Source: a virus (lineage: Duplodnaviria > Caudoviricetes). From it: a stretch of DNA of 44,083 nucleotides. The position numbers were made by a program, and so were the translations under genes. Shown here piece by piece: positions 1 through 7,942 of the stretch. The notes under the pieces were generated by a model that saw only the letters and a list, made by a program, of their open reading frames with translations, was not told the DNA's origin and ran no database searches. The stretch lies in the IMG/VR virus record IMGVR_UViG_3300032261_000018, positions 1 through 44,083 of that record; one strand, given 5' to 3'. The first letter of the stretch is position 1. The number at the start of each line of letters is the position of its first letter.

Positions 1-250
1 GAAGAAGAAGGACGACGAGATGCTCGACTGCGATGCCTGTGGCATCGCTCTGCCGTGGCATGAGATCGAGTACCGCTACGACCCCGAGGAGCTGACGACC
101 TACCAGTTCTGCCCAGAGTGCGATGCACTCTGGGAGTACGACGGGGATGGTCGCTCCAAGGTGTCTGCTCGCATCCACGACGTGATCGACGCGGAGTGGG
201 AGGCGATCAACCTCGCCAACCTCGCCGAAGGCGAAGGCGACGACGAGTAG
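1..250 (+). CDS. C-terminal part (Zn-ribbon, acidic tail) of the class II glutamine amidotransferase that starts at 43284 and wraps across the circular junction
   Basis: The last 2 nt of the window (GC) plus base 1 (G) give Ala, then AAG AAG AAG GAC GAC GAG ATG in frame with the 20..250 ORF; CDAC...CPEC motif. Confidence 0.85.
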   Translation, partial: KKKDDEMLDCDACGIALPWHEIEYRYDPEELTTYQFCPECDALWEYDGDGRSKVSARIHDVIDAEWEAINLANLAEGEGDDE

Positions 251-356
251 TCCTCTGCATGGAGCCTTCCTTCGGGAAGGCTCTACGGAGCGGATTGCCG
301 TTCCCGAGATTCTCTCCACCGTAGGTGGGGAGAGAATCACGACCGACGGAAAGGAG
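251..356 (+). repeat. Structured intergenic element (TGCAYGGA-stem-TCTACGGAG hairpin, alternative hairpin, CCGAC-SD motif)
   Basis: TGGAGCCTTCC-TTCG-GGAAGGCTCTA stem; GGAGCGG/CCGTTCC alternative stem; ACCGACGGAAAGGAG at 342-356. Confidence 0.85.
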
Positions 357-363
357 ACTGCCT

Positions 364-792
364 GTGGCCCTCACATGGGACACACAAGACGTTCTCGACA
401 ACGAGAACGTCTGCTTCCTCATCGCCGAGGAAGACCACTTCCCGAGCGGCGTCAAGAAGGGTGACAGGATTCTGAATCCTGTCACCAACGCGCTGATCTG
501 GCACTCGCTCTCGACGGGCATCGGTCGTATCACGACCAAGAACGTGGCCGAGGTCTGGGCAAGGATCGCTCTGATCGAGAAGCTCTACGGAGCTTCGATC
601 CTGACTCAGGACGGCCCGAAGCCTCTGAGCCGAGACGATGTGCAGAAGCACATCGGGCTGACCACGAATGCCTCGTTCAAGGACGAGTCTCGTGCCTCTT
701 TCTTCAAGAGGCACGTCGGATTCTTCCTGGACGACGAGAAGCGGAAGTTCGAGAAGTTGCTCGAACTTCAGAGCAAGGAGCAGCTCGTCTGA
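364..792 (+). CDS. hypothetical phage protein (142 aa)
   Basis: GTG 7 nt after AAGGAG; high-GC codon pattern; no recognised domain. Confidence 0.8.
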   Translation: MALTWDTQDVLDNENVCFLIAEEDHFPSGVKKGDRILNPVTNALIWHSLSTGIGRITTKNVAEVWARIALIEKLYGASILTQDGPKPLSRDDVQKHIGLTTNASFKDESRASFFKRHVGFFLDDEKRKFEKLLELQSKEQLV

Positions 793-876
793 CGTTGCAT
801 GGACGGCTCTGCAAGGAGCCGTCTACGGAGCGTCTGTACGCTCCTCCGGCTTGCCGGAGAACCCGACAGGAAGGGG
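790..876 (+). repeat. Structured intergenic element, same family
   Basis: GACGTT-GCA-TGGACGGCTCT-GCAA-GGAGCCGTCTA-CGG-AGCGTC; alternative GGAGCGT/ACGCTCC; ACCCGACAGGAAGGGG. Confidence 0.85.
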
Positions 877-880
877 CTGC

Positions 881-1078
881 ATGGACGCACCAGCGGAGCT
901 GGTGGAGTGCCGCGCGATTGCCGAGTCCCTCGGACTCGTCATCGACGACCTCCACGGCTATCCGCCGTCGTTCGAGACGTACCTCATCGCGATGCGGGTC
1001 AGGACACATCTGACCCGGCTTCGCCGGGAGATCCACGATCTCGAACTGACGATCCAGACAACAGGGGTGGCAGCGTAA
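881..1078 (+). CDS. hypothetical protein (65 aa)
   Basis: ATG after GGAAGGGG SD; MDAPAELVECRA... Confidence 0.7.
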   Translation: MDAPAELVECRAIAESLGLVIDDLHGYPPSFETYLIAMRVRTHLTRLRREIHDLELTIQTTGVAA

Positions 1079-1113
1079 GCCGCCACTCCACTCGCGATAA
1101 GGAGCAAGGAGCC

Positions 1114-1329
1114 ATGTTTGACGTTCGCGTCAATGCCGGAAACGGCGACCACGAGGTCTACGAGGTCTACGCCACCGAGACGGTGAACTACGTCTCGAAG
1201 GAAGTCTCAGGCCGCGAGCAGCCGCTCGTCTTCGTGGAAGTCCACCCGAAGAACGGACTCCCGGAGCGGCTCGGGAAGAGCACGCTCTTCCCGCTCAGCC
1301 GCGTCATCTCGATCACCGAGCGAAGCTGA
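1114..1329 (+). CDS. hypothetical small beta-rich protein (71 aa)
   Basis: AAGGAG SD then ATG; MFDVRVNAG...FPLSRVISITERS. Confidence 0.75.
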   Translation: MFDVRVNAGNGDHEVYEVYATETVNYVSKEVSGREQPLVFVEVHPKNGLPERLGKSTLFPLSRVISITERS

Positions 1330-1371
1330 GCCTGTCGATCCTCCTCTTCGAGGAGGAGGGTCGAGAGGTTC
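1328..1371 (+). repeat. Long intergenic hairpin with the family G.G mismatch (could also act as a terminator)
   Basis: GAGCCT-G-TCGATCCT...AGGGTCGA-G-AGGTTC starting at the stop codon. Confidence 0.6.
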
Positions 1372-1386
1372 CTAGCCTCTCATCCA

Positions 1387-1395
1387 TGCTATGAT
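1387..1395 (+). promoter_or_regulatory. Extended -10 promoter candidate (TGcTATGAT)
   Basis: TGn-TATGAT about 35 nt upstream of the ATG at 1430. Confidence 0.45.
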
Positions 1396-1429
1396 GGCAC
1401 GGATGTACCCCGACAAGGAAGGAGGCGCT

Positions 1430-1654
1430 ATGCCTACCGCTGTCGTCCCTCCCGAGCAGTTCAGGGAGGAGGCGAGCCGTCGTCTCGTAGACCGCTTCGA
1501 GCTACAGATTCTCCTCGACATCAGGTCGAGGAGCGCCATCGCTCGAATGGTCGAAGACGGGCGAATCCCGCGTCCTGTCGTCTCGAAGAGAGGGGCTTCG
1601 CCCCTCTGGGACAAGGACGAGGTACTCGCATCATCCGACAGGAAGGAGGGATGA
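1430..1654 (+). CDS. AlpA/excisionase-like HTH DNA-binding protein (74 aa)
   Basis: SRSAIARMVEDGRIPRPV...PLWDKDEV matches the AlpA/Xis pattern; GGAGG SD. Confidence 0.7.
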   Translation: MPTAVVPPEQFREEASRRLVDRFELQILLDIRSRSAIARMVEDGRIPRPVVSKRGASPLWDKDEVLASSDRKEG

Positions 1655-1657
1655 CCA

Positions 1658-2731
1658 ATGGTCATCTCGTCACTTGACTCTCTCATCGAGAGAGTCCTGG
1701 CAGAAGACGCCAGGAAGCAGGATCTCCTCGCGGACACCCGACGCATGTCGGTTGCCGTCGAGGAGGGCGAGGTCGAGAATCACGTCCTCCTCAGCATCGA
1801 CGGCGAGAACGGATCGGGCACCGAGACTCTCGGTGCCTCCGCTCACGCTCTGGGGCAGATGGCAACCGATCTCGGCATCCCGAAGCGGTACTTCGACCGA
1901 ATGAAGGTCGAAGCGCCGGAGCTGTTCCAGCGGAACGTGCATCACTGGATGTACGAGACGCCGAACCGCAGGATGATCCGGGCATACCGCAACGAGGACG
2001 CGCCGGGCACGGCTCGCGCGTGGCTCTCGGATCGCTACCGGCGACTCGACAACATCGAGATCGCCACCAAGCTGCTCCCGGAGTTCGACCGCCTCTCCGA
2101 GGAGGTCGTCTTCCACAACGCCTCGATCACGGACGAGAGGTTCTACCTCCGCGCCGTGTTCCCGAGGCTGACCGAGGAGGTCAAGGTCGGCGACGCCGTT
2201 CAGTGGGGCGTTCAGATCTCGAACTCCGAGGTCGGAGCTGCGACGTTCAGCATCGACTCCTTCGTGCTGCGCCTCGCCTGCATCAACGGCATGGTCGTGG
2301 CGAAGGTGATGTCTGCACGTCACATCGGCAAGCGTCTCGGAGAGCATCTCTCCGACGAGGCGATCCAGGCCGATGACCGAGCCTTCTGGCTCGCAGCTCG
2401 GGACGAACTGAGAAACGCCATCTCCGTGGCGCAGTTCGAGAAGGTCGTCGCGACGCTCCGCGAGACGACGGAGGGTGTCGCCATTACGGCACCCATCGCC
2501 GCCACCGAGCGTCTCGCTCGAACTTACGAACTCTCCGATGGAGAGAAGGAAGCCGTCCTGACCAAGCTCGCCGGTAACGGCGACTTCACCCGCTGGGGTG
2601 CGCTGAACGCGATCACCGCAGCGGCACAGACCGTCGAATCCTTCGACCGAAGGGTCGAGATGGAGGAGATGGGCTGGGATCTCGCCACACTCTCGAACCG
2701 AGAGTGGGAGAGGATCGCAGTCGCAGCCTGA
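1658..2731 (+). CDS. DUF932-family phage/plasmid protein (357 aa)
   Basis: RAWLSDRYRRLDN, ISNSEVG, RLACINGMV, RHIG motifs. Confidence 0.75.
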   Translation: MVISSLDSLIERVLAEDARKQDLLADTRRMSVAVEEGEVENHVLLSIDGENGSGTETLGASAHALGQMATDLGIPKRYFDRMKVEAPELFQRNVHHWMYETPNRRMIRAYRNEDAPGTARAWLSDRYRRLDNIEIATKLLPEFDRLSEEVVFHNASITDERFYLRAVFPRLTEEVKVGDAVQWGVQISNSEVGAATFSIDSFVLRLACINGMVVAKVMSARHIGKRLGEHLSDEAIQADDRAFWLAARDELRNAISVAQFEKVVATLRETTEGVAITAPIAATERLARTYELSDGEKEAVLTKLAGNGDFTRWGALNAITAAAQTVESFDRRVEMEEMGWDLATLSNREWERIAVAA

Positions 2732-2811
2732 CCGCTGCCGGTAGGCCAGTCGTGCCCCCTCACGGCTGGCCCTCCGGGAACGGATACGCCGTTCCACCCG
2801 ACAGAAAGGGG
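2732..2811 (+). repeat. Structured intergenic element, divergent family member
   Basis: CCGCT-G-CCGG..GGCCAGTCGTG/CACGGCTGGCC..CCGG-G-AACGG; alternative GGAACGG/CCGTTCC; ACCCGACAGAAAGGGG. Confidence 0.75.
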
Positions 2812-2816
2812 CTGTC

Positions 2817-3326
2817 ATGCCCAAGTTCACCGTGAGCATCGAGTTCGATCTCGTTACCGAGATCGAGCCGGATCTCGGCTACCACAGCTTCGACTCCGAA
2901 GGAGTCGAGGAGTTCAACGACGGCTCGTACTTCTCGGCGCAGCCAATCACCTGCGACGGGGGGAACATCACCCTCATCGTGGAGGCCGAGGACGAGCACG
3001 CGGCCAACGAGAAGGCCCGTGAGGTCGTCTCGGACGGCAGCGAGGTCGAAGACCGAAACGGTCTTACCTGGCTCGTCGAGAGCGTCAACATCGAGATCGA
3101 GGAAGTCGAGATCCCGATGACGCTTGAGCGCGCGAGGGAGATCCTCACCCAGCTCATCGCCGGAGGCGATGACGAGGAGGTTCGTGAGGCCGTGGACTTC
3201 GTGTTCGCGCACGTCGCCGAGCTGAACCTCAAGGTGACTGCGCTCCAGGCCACGGTCGCCTCGCTTCGGCGAGAGGTCGAGGCCGGACGCGAGAGCACCC
3301 AGGCTCCGACGGAGCCTGCCGCGTAG
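2817..3326 (+). CDS. acidic hypothetical protein with C-terminal coiled coil (169 aa)
   Basis: Strong SD, ATG, E/D-rich. Confidence 0.8.
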   Translation: MPKFTVSIEFDLVTEIEPDLGYHSFDSEGVEEFNDGSYFSAQPITCDGGNITLIVEAEDEHAANEKAREVVSDGSEVEDRNGLTWLVESVNIEIEEVEIPMTLERAREILTQLIAGGDDEEVREAVDFVFAHVAELNLKVTALQATVASLRREVEAGRESTQAPTEPAA

Positions 3327-3330
3327 CCCG

Positions 3331-3398
3331 CAAGGCTGCCGCTCCTCGCCACTGGCGGGGGGCGGGAACCTTCCGGTTCCAACCGACAGAGAGGAGGG
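3331..3398 (+). repeat. Structured intergenic element, divergent family member
   Basis: AAGGCT-G-CCGCTCCTCGCC-ACT-GGCGGGGGGCGG-G-AACCTT; alternative GGAACC/GGTTCC; AACCGACAGAGAGGAGG. Confidence 0.75.
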
Positions 3399-3402
3399 TC
3401 GT

Positions 3403-3630
3403 ATGCCGGACAGCTACGGCTTCGACCATCTCCCCAACCGGGGAAACCTGTACCACCGCTGCATCGAGTGCGAGTGGCCCGGGTACGGCGTCTCGGTCAG
3501 CGAGGCTGACCGCAGGCGTCATCACCTGACGCACACGCGCGCGATGCAGCGCGAACAGGACAAGGAGCGGCTTCAGAACCTCGCCAAGGCGAGGAAGATG
3601 AGGAAGCTCATCGACAAGGAGAACCCATGA
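3403..3630 (+). CDS. small zinc-finger-like protein (75 aa)
   Basis: CIEC...HHLTH; GGAGG SD. Confidence 0.7.
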   Translation: MPDSYGFDHLPNRGNLYHRCIECEWPGYGVSVSEADRRRHHLTHTRAMQREQDKERLQNLAKARKMRKLIDKENP

Positions 3631-4049
3631 AGGACTGGCTCCTGCGACAGAAGGTCGCAGAACACGAGGCAGCCCACGCCGTCGCCGCGATCAAGATGGG
3701 CCTGACCGTGGCCTGGGTTGACATCAACCCAGGCTTCGAGGAGGGCATCGACTTCGCGGCGGCGGTGAAGATCCCCGACGAGACGCTCGACTTCGAGCGC
3801 GACGTTGAGGGAATCTGTGTGGCTCTCGCCGCGCCGTCATTCCTCGTCTCGCACGAGAACGTGCCCGAGCTGTGGCGCTACGCCCAGCTCGAAGCGGATC
3901 TCGCCTACGAGCTGGGAGGACGGAACGGCATCCCTGCCGACGAGATCCACGACACGACGGCCACGCTCGTTGCTGACGAGCTGGCCGAGATCTTGGATCT
4001 CGCAGCAAGGATCGAGAAGGAGGGTCGTGTCGTCTTCGAGACGGCGTGA
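3627..4049 (+). CDS. HExxH zincin-like (M41-like) protein (140 aa)
   Basis: VAEHEAAHAVAA; ATGA overlap with the upstream gene. Confidence 0.6.
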   Translation: MKDWLLRQKVAEHEAAHAVAAIKMGLTVAWVDINPGFEEGIDFAAAVKIPDETLDFERDVEGICVALAAPSFLVSHENVPELWRYAQLEADLAYELGGRNGIPADEIHDTTATLVADELAEILDLAARIEKEGRVVFETA

Positions 4050-4170
4050 CCCAAGATGCAGCACGGGGGCTGGTTTCCCAGCCCCCGATGCTCCCGACAG
4101 AAAGGAGGGGCGCTCCAAGGGAGCGTCTCCAGACTGTACGCTGGACAGTAGCAGCACCCGACAGAAAGGC
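4050..4170 (+). repeat. Intergenic region with two tandem CCCGACAGAAAGG motifs and three hairpins
   Basis: Exact 13-mers at 4093-4105 and 4157-4169. Confidence 0.8.
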
Positions 4171-4174
4171 AGAC

Positions 4175-5194
4175 ATGGCTGACTGGGCCAAGGCCGCAGA
4201 AGTGCAGCTTGAGCTGCACCGCTGGCTGCTCTCGCCCCACGGCACGCGCTGGATGCGCGGCTGGATCGGCGCAGAGACGAGGAGCGAACCGGCGAAGGGC
4301 CGCATGTACCAGCTCCTCGCGGCAGCCGAGCCGCAGAAGCTCCTGACCGCAGACTCGATCTGGGTCGCCGAGGAGATGAGCGAGGTCATCATGCACGCGC
4401 GCGAGGGCTTCCAGCCGGAACCCATCGAGCGCGAGGACTTCCTCGTCCACACCGGCTTCTGCTTCTTCCAGAAGCCGCTCCTGATGCTCGACCGCAACGG
4501 CAAGAACGTCAGCATCGGGGCGATCTCCTGGTGCCCGGTTCACTTCACGGACAAGACGATGGAGGAGATCTACGCCGAGGGATCGTCAGCTCTCGATCTC
4601 GACGAGAGCGGCCACGGCACGGCCATCGTGAATCACGTCCCCGACGAGGACAAGTGGGGTATGTGCATCGCGATCTTCTCCTCCGCTTTCGCCGAAGGCG
4701 ACTCCTACGCGGAGACGCATCGCGAAGCGATGAGGCAGATGCAGGCGTGCGAGTTGATCCCCCTGCACTTCACGACCGTCGTGTTCGGAGATCCCTTCGG
4801 AGAAGGCGATCTCTACGACGAGGACGGTCGCTACACCGCAGCCGACCACTGGTGGAAGACGATCCAGACGACGCTGCGGCTCATGCAACAGCGCGTGTTC
4901 GAGCGCGTGGACACACCCACCCCGCGTCCGACAAGGCGCAGGTGGCAGCGCGCGAACAAGACGGCTCCGAAGGAGATCCTGGTCGTGCGCCTTCGCAGAA
5001 CATCGCCGAGGCACGGCGAGCCGGTCGAGTCAGGCCGGACGCTCACGCACCGGCACATCCGCGACGGCCACTGGAGAAACCAGTGGTACCCGTCGTTCAA
5101 CCGTCACCGGCAGATCTGGATTGCCCCGACAGTCGTCGGGGACGAGAGCCTGCCGCTGATCGTCAAGAGGAGGTTCTACCGATGGGACAGATAG
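4175..5194 (+). CDS. conserved phage protein with C-terminal HxRxGHWRNQWY motif (339 aa)
   Basis: HRHIRDGHWRNQWYPS...IWIAP..G; ATG after AGAAAGG. Confidence 0.75.
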   Translation: MADWAKAAEVQLELHRWLLSPHGTRWMRGWIGAETRSEPAKGRMYQLLAAAEPQKLLTADSIWVAEEMSEVIMHAREGFQPEPIEREDFLVHTGFCFFQKPLLMLDRNGKNVSIGAISWCPVHFTDKTMEEIYAEGSSALDLDESGHGTAIVNHVPDEDKWGMCIAIFSSAFAEGDSYAETHREAMRQMQACELIPLHFTTVVFGDPFGEGDLYDEDGRYTAADHWWKTIQTTLRLMQQRVFERVDTPTPRPTRRRWQRANKTAPKEILVVRLRRTSPRHGEPVESGRTLTHRHIRDGHWRNQWYPSFNRHRQIWIAPTVVGDESLPLIVKRRFYRWDR

Positions 5195-5637
5195 CGCGCC
5201 CACGCCCCGGCTTCGACCCGTTCCCGAACACGCCGCGCGGATCGGATCTTCCGATTGCGTGCAAGTACCCGTTCGGGCCGGGCGAGGAGCTGGAAGACAA
5301 GATGATCCCGCCGAAGTGGGACATCGACATCCCGAAGGGATGGACGACTCAGTGGATCCTGCACACCGATCCGAGGCTCGAAGAGGCTGGCTTCACGGTC
5401 GGGGAGGTCTGGGTCAACAAGGAGACGCAGACCGCCTTCTTCGAGAAGAAGCCCGGCACCGAGCCGGTCGGCTACCTCTTCCTGCTCAACGGCGACGAGA
5501 TCGTCGCCACCTGGGACGAGGGACGCTGGTGGACTCCAGAGGAGTCCAAGCAGTTCGACCTCATGCTCAGGGTGGCTGCGACCATCGACTTGCAGCGGCT
5601 CGGGCCACACGGCGAGTTCGGGAAAGGAGCGCGATGA
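5182..5637 (+). CDS. hypothetical protein (151 aa)
   Basis: ATG after AGGAGG, overlapping the end of the upstream gene. Confidence 0.65.
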   Translation: MGQIARPRPGFDPFPNTPRGSDLPIACKYPFGPGEELEDKMIPPKWDIDIPKGWTTQWILHTDPRLEEAGFTVGEVWVNKETQTAFFEKKPGTEPVGYLFLLNGDEIVATWDEGRWWTPEESKQFDLMLRVAATIDLQRLGPHGEFGKGAR

Positions 5638-5906
5638 GCGGCTTCGGAATGGACGGCTCCCACGGCTTCGCCTCGAACCTGTGGGAGATGCTGAACGACG
5701 GCGGCGTCTGGGGAGTCCCACGCTGCGGCCTCATCTTCCGCAAGGACGAGGCGGCCAAGCAGTTCACGCTCATCGAGCGGATGCCGTGGGATCCCGAGAT
5801 GCCGTGCTCCGAGGAGGAACTCCTCGACGCTCAGAACTACGACATCGAGGGCATCGCCGCGATGTTCGCGAGCATCGGCATCATCGTGCAGGAGATCGAG
5901 CTGTGA
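5634..5906 (+). CDS. hypothetical protein (90 aa)
   Basis: AAAGGAG SD, ATGA overlap. Confidence 0.75.
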   Translation: MSGFGMDGSHGFASNLWEMLNDGGVWGVPRCGLIFRKDEAAKQFTLIERMPWDPEMPCSEEELLDAQNYDIEGIAAMFASIGIIVQEIEL

Positions 5907-5960
5907 TCCCCTGCAAACGGCCTGTCGCCGGAGACAGGGGTGGACTGGCAGTCGTCGCAC

Positions 5961-5982
5961 CGATCACTCAACTGAGTGATCG
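5961..5982. promoter_or_regulatory. Operator-like perfect inverted repeat upstream of a TATGCT -10 candidate
   Basis: CGATCACTCA-AC-TGAGTGATCG; TATGCT at 6003-6008. Confidence 0.45.
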
Positions 5983-6037
5983 CATCTACCAGTAGAAGGG
6001 ACTATGCTCTGACCTGTCATCGACAGGAGGGAGCAGG

Positions 6038-6703
6038 ATGTCCAGCCTGGACAGCAGCATCAGGAAGGGGAGGTTGCTCGTCGGCGCGATTCAGCGCCGG
6101 GACGTGAAGACCTCCGAGCGTCTGTGGGAACTGGCGGATCTCACCGCCAAGATCACACCGACCAAGGGCCAGTTCGGCACGTCGTCTATTCAGGGTTCCC
6201 CGGAATACATGACGCTGGAAGCCTGGACAAAGGAGATCGAATGGGTGGAGCGAGGGAACAGCCTGAGCACTCTCGCAGAGATGGTCGCCGAAGCCCGTGA
6301 GTGGCCCAAGGGGAAGCGCCTTGCCACACACACGTTCTGGCAGCACCACGAGGCCCGCAAGATGCACAAGGGCGACGTGACCGCTGCCCGCGCATGGCTC
6401 AAGTCCCGTACGGGGAACATCACCGAGCAGGCCCGCGAGAGCATCTGGGACAAGGGCGGCGTTTCGGATGCCGTCCTCCAGCTCATCAAGGCTCGCCGTC
6501 GCATCCTCTCGATCCCGGCGAAGCTCGCCAGGGAGAACGTCGATGGGACGGAGGCCAACTTCGGCCGCCTGCGGTACGAGGTCAAGAAGCTCTACGACGC
6601 CCTCGCGTACCTCGACAGGTTCCTGGCCGACGAGATGAAGTTCGACTACGACGAGCTGGACGCAGCTCTGGCTCGAATCCTCTCCGAGGAGGAGGTCGCG
6701 TAA
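6038..6703 (+). CDS. putative DNA-binding protein, LmbU-like motif (221 aa)
   Basis: TLAEMVAEAREWP..KR...TFWQHHEAR resembles the LmbU-family pattern. Confidence 0.45.
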   Translation: MSSLDSSIRKGRLLVGAIQRRDVKTSERLWELADLTAKITPTKGQFGTSSIQGSPEYMTLEAWTKEIEWVERGNSLSTLAEMVAEAREWPKGKRLATHTFWQHHEARKMHKGDVTAARAWLKSRTGNITEQARESIWDKGGVSDAVLQLIKARRRILSIPAKLARENVDGTEANFGRLRYEVKKLYDALAYLDRFLADEMKFDYDELDAALARILSEEEVA

Positions 6704-7254
6704 TGGACTGGAACGAACACTACGCAACGATGGCCGACTCTCTAGAGGAGAGGGCACCTTCCCAGGCCGCCCTACTCCGCTACTTCCTCGCACAGGACGA
6801 GATGGTGGAGGCCATGACCATCACGACCGACCTCGGCATGAGCGACGCGAACTTCCGCTCGCTCATGGACAAGCTGCGAGATCACGGCGTCGAGCTGGTC
6901 TGCAAGCGGATACACGCTGAGGGCTACGTCAACGAGGATGTCCGCTTCGTCTACGGCATCCGCTCGCTCGATGTCGAGGAGTACGAGATCCACCAGAAGA
7001 AGCGGGTGATGACCTCCTGGAACCGGATGACCAAGATGTTCTTCAGGAACATCGAGTCTCTCGGCCTCTCCGAGTTCGAGATGGGGGAAGTCCACGGCGC
7101 GATGAAGACGGCGAGACTCATCATCGAGAGCGTGGACTTCCGGGAGATCAGCCGGAAAGTCGAAGAGCGTGATCGCCGCGAGGCGCTCGCGCAGGCCGAG
7201 GCCACGGCTGCCGAAATCCGGGCACAGCTCGGAGAAGACGAAGCCGTCGCCTGA
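6703..7254 (+). CDS. putative winged-HTH protein (183 aa)
   Basis: TAATG coupling; ITTDLGMSDANFRSLMDKLRDHG helix-turn-helix pattern. Confidence 0.6.
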   Translation: MDWNEHYATMADSLEERAPSQAALLRYFLAQDEMVEAMTITTDLGMSDANFRSLMDKLRDHGVELVCKRIHAEGYVNEDVRFVYGIRSLDVEEYEIHQKKRVMTSWNRMTKMFFRNIESLGLSEFEMGEVHGAMKTARLIIESVDFREISRKVEERDRREALAQAEATAAEIRAQLGEDEAVA

Positions 7255-7272
7255 GCTTCTCTGAAGAGGATG

Positions 7273-7297
7273 GGGGCCGAGCACTTGACTCGGCCCC
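7273..7297 (+). terminator. GC-rich hairpin, possible terminator
   Basis: GGGGCCGAG-N7-CTCGGCCCC after the gene end; no U-tract. Confidence 0.4.
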
Positions 7298-7550
7298 TCC
7301 CACGTACTAGTTTCGCCACTCCACCATGTCGAAACTGGACAAAGCCTAACGGACGCCTCTCTTCGTGACAACGCCCGGGAGAGCGCGACCCTGATGTCCG
7401 GGGGCACGGCGACTGAAACAGGAGGAAAGGCCGTGACCGTCGAGGCAGGCGGTTGGGGGACTACGGAGACTCGCGACCCGGACGCTATCCACAGCGTCGC
7501 TTGAAAAAGCGGCGGCGAGCGCCAAGTGGGTCAGAAGCATCAACCCCTTG

Positions 7551-7589
7551 AAGCTTGAACATCAAGCTTGAACATCAAGCTTGAACATC
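7551..7589. repeat. Three exact tandem 13-mers (AAGCTTGAACATC), iteron-like; candidate replication origin
   Basis: Copies at 7551, 7564 and 7577; junctions form TCAAGCTTGA palindromes; AT-rich non-coding island. Confidence 0.8.
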
Positions 7590-7637
7590 GAACCCATCAA
7601 GCGTCTACTGAACCTCGTCTGAGAGGAGGCCGGTTCT

Positions 7638-7835
7638 ATGGCGCGGCAGCACATCGAAGTGATCGACGGCAAGGAGTTCGTGGTCACGAAGCTACCGCAG
7701 GATCCGAGACTTACGCCCTCGGCGACCAAGAAACGGCAGCTCTTCTCGGCGTTCTCACATCACGAGAAGGCTGAGGCGATCCGAGCCAAGAAGCGTGCTG
7801 CCAAGCTCAAGCGGAAGAGGAGGAGGAAACGATGA
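7638..7835 (+). CDS. small basic protein (65 aa)
   Basis: GGAGG SD; K/R-rich C-terminus. Confidence 0.7.
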   Translation: MARQHIEVIDGKEFVVTKLPQDPRLTPSATKKRQLFSAFSHHEKAEAIRAKKRAAKLKRKRRRKR

Positions 7836-7942
7836 CCCTGACGTTCTTCGCCGAGTGGCTCTTCGCACTCGGCACACTGATCGCCTTCGCCTACCTGTGC
7901 TGGAAGGTGATCGACTGGATCAAGAGCGTGAACCATGAGTGA
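7832..7942 (+). CDS. single-TM membrane peptide (36 aa)
   Basis: MTLTFFAEWLFALGTLIAFAYLCWKVIDWIKSVNHE; GGAGG SD; ATGA overlap. Confidence 0.65.
   Translation: MTLTFFAEWLFALGTLIAFAYLCWKVIDWIKSVNHE

Noticed and set aside
573-600. GAAGCTC-TACG-GAGCTTC hairpin containing TCTACGGAG inside a CDS
   Set aside because: The motif sits in the loop and the TGCAYGGA half is missing; probably coincidental with KLYGA codons
251-876. Repeated hairpins as a CRISPR array or integron attC sites
   Set aside because: They are separated by whole genes and vary in sequence; I see no cas genes, no integron integrase and no RYYYAAC/GTTRRRY boxes
7433-7504. 23-codon ORF after GGAGG
   Set aside because: Too short, atypical codons, no other support
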